A DNA stretch of 64,000 bases from NCBI GenBank assembly GCA_964016885.1, contig OZ024744.1:102548001-102612000 (forward strand), written 5' to 3'. Made by a program: the position numbers and the translations under genes. The notes below the pieces were generated by a model, which was not told where the DNA came from, searched no databases, and saw only the letters and a program-made list of their open reading frames with translations. The stretch comes from Eledone cirrhosa. Lineage: Eukaryota. Shown here piece by piece: positions 41,071 through 53,449 of this stretch (the stretch's first letter is position 1; each line of letters begins with the position of its first letter).

Positions 41071-41394
41071 AGAAGCCAAAGCGTAAAGGCATGTGCTCAA
41101 TGTGCCATATGCAGTGGAAGGCAGCTAGGTGGCTGGGTTCATGCAGAGGTTAGGTGCACGGAGCTGGAAATATTCATTAGTTAAGCAAAACAAGACCACA
41201 AATTTCACAAGGAAGACATTATTAAAATATTGTCAACATATTTTAGTTTGATGTAAGGAATGTAGATCTGGTTCAGTTGATCTGGTTCAGTTGAAAATAA
41301 TTAACTTAGGTATAATTAGAGCAGCTCATCGGAACTTCAAAAGAATATAAATTAAAATAAGTATATATATATATATGTATGTATGTATATGTAT

Positions 41395-41425
<31 letters not shown>

Positions 41426-41734
41426 GCATGGAAGAATGGACGTAAAACGGTGATGATGATGATGATGATGATAGTAATCTGAGGTGCTGAAATGCAGAAA
41501 TAACTGTAAAACACCCAGTTGCTATAAATAATCATAGCATAGAAATTTGGCTAAAATACCCTGGGGAAAATAGGCCAGTGGGAGCCAACAAACTCAAAGC
41601 CTTCTAGAAACAGCACCAAGTGGCCATGAGAGAAGGGGAGAGAGAAGTTAAAAGGAAAAGAGACAGATATAGCAATAGAAAATGCATCAGCCTCCAGCTA
41701 TCCGGACAATTTCAATCTGTGCACATGAGAAAGC

Positions 41735-42720
41735 GGGGGTCTTCTGTATTATTTCATAATGCCAGAGATCCTGGTCATGTGTCATGACCTTTGAGAGGTG
41801 AAATTGTGCAAGGTCAGCCTTTATCACCTCATCCCAAGTCTTACTGAGTCTTCCTATTCCATAGCTACTATCAACTTTGAATGCCCTGCACTGTTTTTAT
41901 ACAGTTGTTATCCTTCATACACATCTCATGTCCATACCAATGCAATCACCTCTTCTGACATTGCATCTGATCCCTCTTATGCCCAGTTCATTTTTGCTTT
42001 GTTCTTCATGTATGATGATGATGATGATGATAGTAATCTGAGGTGCTGAAATGCAGAAATAACTGTAAAACACCCAGTTGCTATAAATAATCAAGGTCCT
42101 CCTTCCACTATTACACATCCAACGGAGCATGCAAGCTTCATTTTTTTTTCCAATCTACATAGATCTGCACACAGTGCCCATGTCTTCTGCTATGCAACAT
42201 TGTTGCTCATATACACGCACCATACAATCTACCCTTCATTTTGAAGGAAGTACCTTTTGTAGTTAGCAGTGGTAGTAGCATCTTGAACTCTCTCCATCTC
42301 GACCTCACTCTGGCTAAAGTACTTTTGGAACACCCACCTCCACTGCTAATTTGGTTACTCGGGTAACAGAAGATGCCAACTGCTTCTGCGGAACCTTTCA
42401 AGAATTTGATAGTGCTTGCTTCCTGAGAATAATTTCTGCTTACGGTTTCTATGCAACGGCCACATATAAAACTTATTTTCTTAGCTAACTTACCTTGGAT
42501 CCCACTACATCTCTTGTGTACCCAGTTTCCATTTGGGACAGGGGATGGAATTTCTACACACGCCTATCCTATATACTGAGCAGGGCCATTTCCTTAAGGG
42601 GGTCTGGATTTTGTTTTCCTTTCTGCTTAGTAAGAATTTAGTCTTAGACAAGTTGAGTTTAACACCTTTTGATTCCAGGTTATGCTTCCAGGTTTGGAAT
42701 TTTTTCTCTAGTTCTGTCAT
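41735..42720 (-). mobile_element. RTE-1 LINE 3' fragment
   Basis: ORFs ELEKKFQTWKHNLESKG, SSGGGCSKSTLARV and MLRWMCN match the RTE at 48850-49750. Confidence 0.85.
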
Positions 42721-43094
42721 AGGCACATACACACACACACACACTCACACCACATACACATATGTTTTCTGACCAACATACCTATAAATGCAATTTGAAC
42801 ATATTTTCCTGTCTCGTTCTCTTTACCTTTAAATGGCATATTTTTTTTTATTAGACTCCAAACTACCCCCAGCCAGTATTTTTCTCTATGATCAGTACTG
42901 CCTTCAATCGGTATCGTGTGTACTAGATCATAGATCATTCTAGAGAGAAATCCCCTCCTCTTCCTATGTCTCTGTTTGATGTTTTAAACTGAACCAAGTA
43001 TGTAAAAAGCTTGTTTACCTCCATTTATTTGTCCACACAAAATACAAACTACTACCATCCAAAGCCAGAATTCTTTTTGACTGTTTTCTTACCA

Positions 43095-43505
43095 AAAGTC
43101 TGTCTTGAACCCGGAGGCTTACCAGGCCAGTGCTTATCCTGGCTTCTGTGGTGTGAATCAACTGAGAATAGAAGAATCCCACTAATAGGATGCCAGACCA
43201 TCACAGGATTACCCCCCCCCCCCAGCTATTACTCATTTTCAGCTGAGTATACTGGAGCACTGTGAAAGGAAGTGTTGTGTTCAAGAATACAACATACAAT
43301 TCAGTCCAGGAATTGAACCTACGCCATTATGATCGTAAGTCCAACACCCTTACCACAAGGCCCCCACCCCACTGAGTATATTGGAGCAACATGAAATGAA
43401 GTGTTTTGCTCAAGAATACAACACACAACTCAGTCCAGGAATTGAACTTATGACATTATGATCGTAAGTCCAACACCTTTACCACTAAGCCACATGCCTC
43501 CACAC
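43095..43505 (-). mobile_element. tRNA-derived SINE with duplicated head
   Basis: Reverse complement of the 59218 family; head segment present twice. Confidence 0.75.
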
Positions 43506-43638
43506 TTATAAATGTAATTCAGGCATATTTTCCTGTCTCACTCAATCTATTTTCAATTGGCATATTTTTTAAATTGAGTTCCATATGATCATTGTCAATG
43601 TGATCGTCTCAATCAGAGTCAACATTGTATTAATCATA

Positions 43639-44454
43639 TCTAATATATCTAATATATATTTGTGAAATGGGTGGTGGTTGAAATTCAGATGTGCATGGTT
43701 AAATGGTAGTAGACGTGGTCGGACGGACATGAAAATTTACACACCTATGTAAAAAGTGCCAAGGAAGCAAATAGACGAGATTTCAAATCTCTAACTTGAA
43801 AAATGTGGTCACTAGGGCCCCCAAACAGTCTATTTACTATCGCGTTCGGTGAGTTATTTCCCCCCGTTCTAATACTTGGCTGAGTTATTTACAATTTCAT
43901 ACAGATTTTTAAACTCATCAACTTTCTTTCGCTGTTAATATACAGTACCAATAATTTGAAAAATATTATTGAAAGTTTATTATAAAGAAGCAGTTTCAGA
44001 AAAAAGTGTAAACTATCATACAAACCTTCATAATATACATTTTAAAACTTGCATATCATCGACATTGCTATTTCGCTGTTAATAAACTATCTTCCTTCTA
44101 CATTTAACGATCTTACAGTACCGTTTTATGAAATCGATTCTGCAGTACGGTCACTGTTTTCCATCAAAAGAAGTAAAACCCTTAAATTGCGAAGAAGGGA
44201 CGCGTGTTTTTATTTTAATTCTAATACATGTTAACCACCACTAACAGTAAGTAGTATTTTTCAAATTGCATATCATCGACATTGCTATTTCGCTGTTAAT
44301 AAACAACGCTTCTCATTGTACGCCGCCCAGCCCCAAGTGCATATTTTTATTTTTTTCCCTGAAACTGCTTCTTTATAATAAACTTTCAATAATATTTTTC
44401 AAATTATTAACTTAATAAAAACTGGGCCCGGGTGCAACCGGGCTCACCTGCTAG
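43639..44454 (+). mobile_element. Non-autonomous Helitron with internal inverted repeat
   Basis: 5' TC; 3' hairpin gcccggg-tgcaa-ccgggc then CTAG; internal 43950-44000 is inverted at 44358-44408. Confidence 0.7.
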
Positions 44455-44636
44455 TATATATATATAACCAAAGATTAGTATGGTTCGTTGAATACTCAAT
44501 GAATACAATTTTACAATATATTAGAAGCACTCAACAAAAAAGTTTTCCTGGAGTTTTTAATATTATTCAAAATATTGCCAATACTGGAATTGAACAATCA
44601 AGACCGTAGTGGTATGTCATCATATATTAAATCATA

Positions 44637-44702
44637 TATTTTGTCTGATGAGGACGTACTGAAAAACCAACACAGTACTTATGAAATATATATAATATAG
44701 TA
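44637..44702 (+). ncRNA. Type I hammerhead ribozyme motif in a pLTR-like repeat (44467-44750)
   Basis: tattttgt-CTGATGA-ggacgtactg...cagtacttat-GAAA-tatata-TA-atatagta; the upstream block is also at 11857-11955. Confidence 0.65.
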
Positions 44703-45384
44703 TATATTTTGATTATGAGAATATTTTTCATTTGTTAATATTTTGAATAATATCCCAAAGTATAACAATATATATACATATATATACATATATACATATA
44801 TATATTGTTATACTTTGAGAGCGTCATGTTGCCAATGAAAACACACACACCTGTTGGTTTTCACTTCGATTTATTATAAATTTCCAGTTGGCTGGCTGGT
44901 TGGTTCGATAAACAGAAGGTTATATATATATTATATTTATCATCATCATCACCATTTTATGTCCCTTCTTCCACGCTAGCATGGGTTAGATGGATTCTTC
45001 TGTTGTGGGCCGTGCCAAGTCGAGTAACCTTGTCTTGCTCATATGGGAACTGATTTGGCTTGATTTCTATAGCTGGATGCCCTTCTTAATACCAACCTCA
45101 TTTACAGTGTGGACTGGATGCTTTTTTTACGTGGCACCTACGCGACCACTTTACAGTGTGGGCTGGGTGTTTTTTTGTCGTGACACCTCCACAACCACTT
45201 TGCAGTGGGAGGGGTGGGGGCATATTGTCTATATGCTTCAGCTTCGGCTTGTACCTGTGGGAAGTCGGGTCTTCTGTATTACTGCGTAACGCCAATATAT
45301 ATATCCGTTGAGATAAGTTTATTATTCGGTTCGCATGAGATTTGTATATATATATATATGTATGACATATATAGATGTATATAT

Positions 45385-46032
45385 ATATATAGTGTATTTT
45401 GCAATACACTGTATGCTTAATTAAAAACATTTTGAAGACCATACGCTATTGTTTTAAAATAGTGACAATGTCATTTATTTAAATTTTCAGCAAACAGGAG
45501 AGATAAACTGACAGAGCTCTGTTTCGTACTTTTTGGTACTTATCAAAGCTCACTACTCCTCCTGTTTGCTGAAAATTATGTGTGTTGGATTCTTATAGAA
45601 TTCCAGTAATAATCAGAAACTGATTATACAGAGCGGTCGCCGGTCCAGCAGAAATTGAAAAATACACTATATATACATTCATATATATATCGCTATTTCA
45701 GAGCACCAATTCTAATTTTCAATTTCTGCTGGACCGGCGACCGCTCTATATAATCAGTTCTTGATTATTACTGGAATTCTATAAGAATCCAACACACATA
45801 ATTTTCAGCAAACAGGAGGAGTAGTGAGCTTTGATAAGTACCAAAAAGTACGAAACAGAGCTCTGTCAATTTATCTCTCCTGTTTGCTGAACATTTAAAT
45901 AAGTGACATTGTCACTATTTTAAAACAATAGCGTATGGTCTTCAAAATGCTTTTAATTAAGAATACAGTGTATTGCAAAATACACTATATATACATTTAT
46001 ATATATACTGCTATTTCAGAGCACCAATTCTA

Positions 46033-46037
<5 letters not shown>
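45385..46037. mobile_element. Penelope-type pLTR inverted duplication (about 275-bp arms); each arm carries a U3-A8 hammerhead
   Basis: 45385-45662 is inverted at 45716-45993; the spacer 45661-45719 is repeated directly at about 45979-46037. Confidence 0.8.
45804..45891 (+). ncRNA. Type I hammerhead ribozyme motif, U3-A8 core variant (mirror copy on minus strand at about 45487-45574)
   Basis: ttcagcaaacaggag..gagct-TTGATAA-gtac(caaaaa)gtac-GAAA-cagagctctg-TC-aattt..ctcctgtttgctgaa. Confidence 0.75.
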
Positions 46038-46108
<71 letters not shown>

Positions 46109-46149
46109 GTGATGTGTGTATATCCATATTTCCTTCTCATTTACCACCC

Positions 46150-49100
46150 ACCCATTCCACCTCCACCACGTTTGGTATACATGCCCGACGCTGTATGATA
46201 ACCACTTCATTATGAATATATTATCGAGCAGACAAGAGGTGGATGGAGGCTCCGTAAGCCATAGTGTAGGCAACCCATCTAGGAGAGCTACCACTCCGAA
46301 TAAATTGGTGCGGGGTAGAGAAGTCCCCTAAGTCCAGTAAGACAACTTCCCTAGTGGTGGTGGCACGAATAAAAGCACCCAGTCCATGCTGTAAAATAGA
46401 GGGGTGGATAGGGCCCCTGAGTCCAGTAAGACAATCTCTCTAGTGCTGGTGGCACGAATAAAAGCACCCAGTCCATGCTGTAAAGTGGTGCTAGTGTTAG
46501 GAAGGGCATCCAACCAGTATATATACTACTGCCAAACACTATGAACACAACGATTTAAATTTGCAACAACTGCATAAACAACAATAACACTAATCATGTT
46601 AGGGCTGCGCACGGTAGTGGGGTGGCTGGTGCAGCCATGTGCGAGACCCCCCCCCCCCAACCGTCATCAAGCAATCGCACAAAAACCACTGCGTAAACAG
46701 CAATAACACTAACCATGTTAGTGCACACGGTAGTGGGGTGGCTAGTGAGGCCATGTGTGAGAACCCCACGACCGTCATCAAGCAATCGCACAACAGGAAA
46801 AAGGACGAGACGTCGCATCTCAGAGTTGCCACACTTAATGTTGGCACTCTCACAGGTAGATCTGGTGGAATAGTGGAGATGCTGGAGAGAAGGTATGTGG
46901 ATGTGTGCTGTGTGCAAGAGGTGAGATGGAGAGGTGCCTCTGCGAGACTAATCACAGGCAAACATCGTAGTTATAAGCTTTTCTGGGTGGGTAATGATGA
47001 TGGGTTAGGTGGGGTGATGGATCAATGAGACAATAGAGGTAGTTAGAGTTAGTGATAGAATAATTAAGCTTAGATTAGTTGTAGGCAAGAGACTACTGAC
47101 AATCATGTCTCCCTATGCTCCCCAGGTAGGCCTAGGTAAAGAAGAGAAATACTGCTTTTACGAGCAACTTTTACAAACAGCCTCAATGACAGAGGACAGA
47201 GACATCATTATGCTAGCAGAGGACTTCAATGGACATGTTGGACAGCTCCAGGATGGATACACTGGGGTACATGGTAGGCATAGTAACAGCTCAAGAAATG
47301 AAAGAATGAGGCTTCTTGAATTTTGTGATGCAAATGCACTAACCATTTGCAACACTAACTTCCAGAAGCCTACCAACCACCTAATAAGCTACAAATCAGG
47401 CGAGCACATAAGCCAGATTGACTTCCAGCTAGTTAGACAGCGAGACACACAGATGGTGTCAAATACTAAGGCATACCCTGGGGAAGAATGTACCCCTCAG
47501 CATAGGTTAGTCGTTAGTGACATCTCAGTAAGCATGAGAAAGAATGAGACCTACAGGAAGGTGTGGAAAGAAAGGTCTGGAAGCTAAAAGACCTTTCATT
47601 AAAATATAAATTTAGTAAAGCCCTTCAAGACATGTATGACGAAAAAGAAGACGATTTAGAGTTGTATGGCATAGATGATAACTGGAATTTCTTGCGTGAC
47701 AACTTACTACAGTCTACTTATGGTTGGAGCAGAGCTTCAACCAGACAGAGAGAGTGACCTGGTGGAACAGCACAGTAGATAGGGCCATTAGAGACAAAAG
47801 ACTGGCATGGAAGGATTGGAAAAATGGTGGGAGTAGGGAACGATACACAGCCGCTAAGAGAGAAGCTAGATGTCAGGTGTACTGAGCACGCAGAGAGGCT
47901 GAGAGTAGGAGGTTTGCCAATGTTCTGCGATGGGAAGATCAGAGATATGTGGTGTTCTGCATTGCAAGGCAGTGTGTCAGTGCAAATCAGGATGTTGTTG
48001 GAGATAAATATGTCCAGAATGATGCCGGTGTACTTAGTTTCATGAATGATAAAAAAAAGGAGGCCTGGAAATGTTATTATGAGAGACTGATGAATGTGGA
48101 GAACGAATGGGACAGAGAGAAATAACCTCCAATAGACCTGACAGAGGTACCAGCTATTGAGATTGACGAATATAGGGTACAAGAGGCAATTAAGGAAATG
48201 AAGAAAGGTAAGGCTACTGGACCGTCAGGGATAGTTGCTGAGATGCTGAAGGCATCAAGAGAAGTAGGCACTAAACTGGTTGCACACATCATCAATCAAG
48301 CTACAAAGACTGGTGCAGCAGTACTCATAAATTGCTACAAAGGTAAAGGGGGTGCTCTAGCGAGGAGCAATTATAGGGGTATAAAGCTGATGGATCAGGT
48401 TATGAAAGTGGCAGAGAGAATATTAGCGCAACTGATTAGAGAAAGGGTCAAATTAGATGAGTTGCAGTTTGGTTTTGTGCCCCGGAAGAGTACACCAGAT
48501 GGCCTCTTCTTAGTAAGGCAATTACAAGAGAGGTTCTTAGCTTTTGTTGACCTAGAGAAGGCCTTTGATAGCGTACCCCGATATATCATCTGGTGGTCCC
48601 TAAGGAAGCTAGGTGTTGAGGAATGGCTTGTGAGGACAGTGCAAGCTATGTACAGGGGTGCTGTCAGTAAAGTGAGAGTAGGCATGGAGTTTAGTGAGGA
48701 ATTCCAGATATAAGTAGGTGTACATCAGGGTTCGATCCTCAGCCCGCTCTTGTTCATTATAGTCCTCCAAGCCATAACAGAGGAGTTTAAGACTGGATCC
48801 CCATGGGAACTTCTCTATGCTGATGAGTGGTTCTTATAGCAGAATCAGTAAAGGAGCTAGAGAATAAATTCTGGCTATGGAAACAGCAGTTGGAATCAAG
48901 AGGTCTGAGAGTGAAACTAGCTAAGAAGACAAAAGTGTTGATAAGAAGAAGAGAGGACAAAACTCTGATTCCATCAGGGAAATAGCCATGTAGGAAAGGA
49001 ACTGGCATAAATTCCATAAAATGTACGCAATATAGATCTTGGGTACACACGAGATGTAGTGGGATAGCAGGCAAACTAACAGGTAGGGAAAACTACATAT

Positions 49101-49794
49101 GCAGTAGATGTACAGGGAAAGTTGGCAGTAGTAATTGCAGTGATAGACACATTTTCCCAATGCATGTGGGTTCTATAGAAGTGGTTGATAGCTTCCGGTA
49201 CCTAGGTGATCAGATTAGCATGGAGGGAGGGTGTTCCGAGGCCATAGTATCTAGAATAAGGATGGGTTGGAAGAAGTTTATGGAGCTGCTTCCTCTGTTG
49301 ACAAAGAAGGGTTTCTCCCTGCATATGAAATGATGGTTATATGATGCCTGTGTGAGATGTGCGACGCTGCATGGTAGTGAGACATGGGCAGCAACTGCAG
49401 AGGATATGCGACGGCTGGAGAGAAATGAAGCAAGCATGCTCCGTTGGATGTGCAATGTCAATGTGCGTGAGCGACCAAGCATAGACGAGTTGAGAAAGAA
49501 ACTGGGTATAAGAGGGATAAGTTGTAGTGTGCAGGAGAGAAGGCTGAGATGGTATGGACATGTGATGCGCATAGAGGATGATCGCTGTGTGAAGAAGTGC
49601 CAGGAAGTCCCAGTGGAGGGAAGACGCAGTAGAGGTAGACCACGAAAAACATGGGCGGAGGTGGTGATAGCAGACCTCAGATCACTGAAACTCACCGAGG
49701 AGATGACGAAGGACCGTGACAAGTGGAGAGATGCTGTGCTGAATAAGACCCATCCCACCCTTGTAAGCAGGGAAAGGCAGACGTAAAATGATGG

Positions 49795-49827
<33 letters not shown>
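46150..49827 (+). mobile_element. Near full-length RTE-1 LINE (APE + RT), inactivated, (GAT)n tail
   Basis: LRVATLNVGTLTGR...CCVQEVRW, EDFNGHVG and SQIDF APE motifs; KATGPSG, NYRGIKL, QFGF, FVDLEKAFD, HQGS and LLYAD RT motifs; GRPRKTW; multiple stops and frameshifts; 5' motif gtaggcaacccatctaggag. Confidence 0.93.
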
Positions 49828-49828
<1 letters not shown>

Positions 49829-50012
49829 ATATATATATAAATATATATATATATATTTAAAGAGAAAGAGAGAGAGAGAAATGTGGTTTCAAATATTTAG
49901 AGTGATCAGATTTGTATGTGATGTTATCATGTGCTCTTTTGACCTTTCCAAAAATGTCTTGTTAAACTGACCTGTACAACCAATGCAGGTGGGAAAAACA
50001 GGCATTAAAAAA

Positions 50013-50069
<57 letters not shown>

Positions 50070-50082
50070 TTTATCTTGATGG

Positions 50083-50120
<38 letters not shown>

Positions 50121-50571
50121 GTGATGATGACGATGATGATGTGATTTTGAGTCATTCTTCATCCTTTCAAATACAATATTGTTTACCTATCTCGTTAGGC
50201 ATTGTGACCCTGAATGACTTAACATTCATAGAGCTTAAAACTGGGGAATTCAATGTTGACAGGCGATCTCCATCGAGGTGTTCATCCGATGTTTATACAT
50301 TTGTCACTCTATGTCAGATATTACTCCCATATTTATTCCTTTCTCACGGAAGCTGTTTTGCCATTTTTGATATTAATCATGTTGTGTCATCACAGTCCTT
50401 TCTTTTCCTAGTTGAATTACACACACACACGCACACACATGTGCACACACATTCGCACACACTCACACGCACATACACACACACACACTCACTCATTCAC
50501 ACACACACACACACACACTCACACACACTCACACACATACACACATACACACTCACTCACACACACTCACT

Positions 50572-50628
<57 letters not shown>

Positions 50629-50757
50629 ACACTCACACACATACACACATACACACACTCACTCTCACACACACGCGCGCACGCGCACACACACACACAC
50701 ACACACACATACACACATTTGTTTGTATGTATGTATGTATGTATGTATGTATGTATG

Positions 50758-52241
50758 TTCTTCTGGTTTTATAATTTCACAAAGTTTTCCCAATAGAGAG
50801 AGAGGGAGTCGGTTTCTAACATAGACACAAGACTCTCTCATTGGAATTTACACAACATTAACTAGGTAGATATGTATGTATGCATGCATGTGTAGATATG
50901 GATGTTATTGTATGTGTGGATGTGTATGTTTTGAGTTGTATGTGCATGTGTATATGCTTTGTATCTGTACATGTGTATATGCAGTTATTAGAGGCAACAT
51001 TTTTGGAATGTCTTACATATTTTTACTGTTCCATTAATGGATTGTACTTGTAATTTCCTAACTAGTTGTGTTCTTTCTGTTCCTGTGAAGCCCAGCTTCT
51101 CAAGATTTGTATTGAGGCAGTTACTAACATACCTCAGTGCCCCAATAATCACAGGTATAAATCTGAAGGTGTAATCAGGGTGGAGTGTCTGCAGATTTCT
51201 CATCAGTTCTGCATAAATATTCTCCTTTTCACTAATCTTTGATATCATATTGGCATCTGCTGGGCAGCTAATTTCCACTACTGTGCATGCTTTCTTCTCC
51301 CTGTCCCATATCATAATATCTGGTCTGTTATGCCTGCATTTTATTGGGGTTTTTACTGGAACATTCTACCAGTACTCTTTCATATTATGTACATGGATGT
51401 CTTCCACATTGCTGTAGCTTTTAATGTGTTTATTATCGGGGCTATCTTTTTTACGAACTGCATTGTACAGTGTTTTGGCCACTACATCATGCCTCATAGG
51501 TAGATAGTACCGCGATGACACCTTTGGACAGCTGCTGAGGACATGGGTGATATCCTCGATGTTAGTTCTGTAGAGTCTGCACTTGTTATCACATCTAGGT
51601 GTTTTGCCTGCATCCTATCTCTTTTGTGAATCAGGTATTTCGTGCTAATCTCCTGTTCTTGGATTGCAAAAGCGTATCCTTCAAAGTGGGAGCCAATATA
51701 GCGGTTGTTGGTCCAAGATAGACTACTTTCCTTATCTATATTACTCTCACTCTGGAGCTTCCTGGCAACATATCCACGCATGATTTTTTGCTGATAGGCA
51801 TGCAGTTTTTCATCCATGGATTCACTGTTATACTGCTGAGCGACATCCCTGGGTGTGAGTTTTTGATTATCACACAGGGAATATCTCTCGAGGAGTTCCT
51901 TCCCAACTCTCATGATCTTATCTGTTTCATGCAGATAGACTTGCTCGAGAAATGGGCTCCTACGCTTCGAGGTTCGTAGATGTCGGAGAGATATGATGCG
52001 ACATTCAAATGTTGTCTGGACTGATGTTTGGCCTCAGCCTCCCTGCTTACGTTTCAAGTAAAGGCGGTCTATGTCACTGTTGATGTGGAAGTTTCCGGTG
52101 TTGTTCAGTATTTTTCGAGTTCAAACATCAACTGCTCGGATTTCGTCTATCGTCCAATTGAGTATTCCAAACGTTGGTGTTAGGACAGGCACAGCAAACA
52201 CATTGTGAGCCACTGTTTTGTTTTGCACAGAGAGTTCCGAT
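50758..52241 (-). mobile_element. 5'-truncated R4/Dong-clade element with CCHC knuckle and REL endonuclease
   Basis: FAIQEQEISTK; CRL...EDITHVLSSC...RHD; RPDIMIWDREKKACTVVEISCP PD-(D/E)xK motif; PVIIGALR; 3' UTR ends in (CATA)n. Confidence 0.9.
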
Positions 52242-52261
52242 GTATGGTATCTATGTATGTA

Positions 52262-52640
52262 TCATCATCATCATCATCACCATTTCATTTTACGTCCGCT
52301 TTTTCCCTGCTTGCAAGGGTGGGACGGGAACTGATTCTGGCTTGATTTCTACAGCTGGATGCCCTTCCTAACACCAACCTCATTTACAGTGAGTGCTGGG
52401 TGCTTTTTTTCGGTGGCGCCTACACGTCCACTTTACAGTGTGGGCTGGGTGCTTTTTTGCCATGGCACCTCCACGACCACTCTACAGTGGAATGATATGG
52501 ACCCCAGTCCCTATCATCTCATTTCTACAGCTGAGTAAACTGGAGCAATGTGAAATAAAGTGTCTTGCTCAAGGAAACAACACATCACCCGGTCTGAGAA
52601 TTGAACTCACAACCTTTCGATTGCAAGGCCAATGCTCTAA
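52262..52640 (-). mobile_element. Full-length tRNA-derived SINE with RTE-1 3' tail
   Basis: A and B boxes, body gagcaagacactttatttc, tail cccacccttgcaagcagggaaaaagcggacgtaaaatg(atg)n matching RTE 49754-49800. Confidence 0.88.
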
Positions 52641-52687
52641 CCACTAAGCCATGTGCCTCTATGTATGTATATATATATGTATGCATG

Positions 52688-53426
52688 TTCTTCAGGTTTT
52701 ATAATTTCACAAATTTTTGCCACAGGGAGAGAGTCGGTTTCTAACATAGACACACGACTCTTATTGTAATTTAAACAACATCAACTAGGTAGATTATGTA
52801 TGCATGTGTATATATGGATGTTATTGTATGTGTGGATGTGGATGTTTTGAGTTGTATGTGTACATGTGCATATGTTTTGTATCTGTACATGTGTATATGC
52901 AGTTATTAGATGCAAAACGTTTGGAATGTTTTACATATTTTTACTGTTCCATTAATGGATTGTACTTGTAATTTCCTAACTAGTTGTGTTCTTTCTGTTC
53001 CTGTGAAGCTCAGCTTCTCAAGATTTGTATTGAGGCAGTTACTAACATATCCCAGTACCTCAATAATCACAGGCATAAATCTGAAGGTATAGTCAGGGTG
53101 GAGTATCTGCAGATTTCTCATTAGTTCTGCATAAATATTCTCCTTTTCACTAATCTTTGATATCATATTGGTATCTGCTGGGCAGCTAATTTCCACTACT
53201 GTGCATGCTTTCTTCTCCCTGTCCCATATCATAATATCTGGTCTGTTATGCCTGCATTTTATTGGGGTTTTTACTGGAACATTCCACCAGTACTCTTTCA
53301 TATTATGTACATGGATGTCTTCCACATTGCTGTAGCTTTTAATGTGTTTATTATCGGGGCTATCTTTTTTACGAGCTGCATTGTACAGTGTTTTGGCCAC
53401 TACATCATGTTTATTGTCGGGGCTAT
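52688..53426 (-). mobile_element. Second, shorter 5'-truncated R4/Dong copy (REL domain)
   Basis: ORF 52906-53400 YWWNVPVKTPIKCRHNRPDIMIWD...VVEISCP; near-identical to 50758-51490. Confidence 0.9.
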
Positions 53427-53449
53427 GTAAGTCTGTATGTTTGTTTATG

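Noticed and set aside
46810-49786. Active LINE or domesticated endonuclease gene
   Set aside because: Multiple stops and frameshifts, including at the YADD motif
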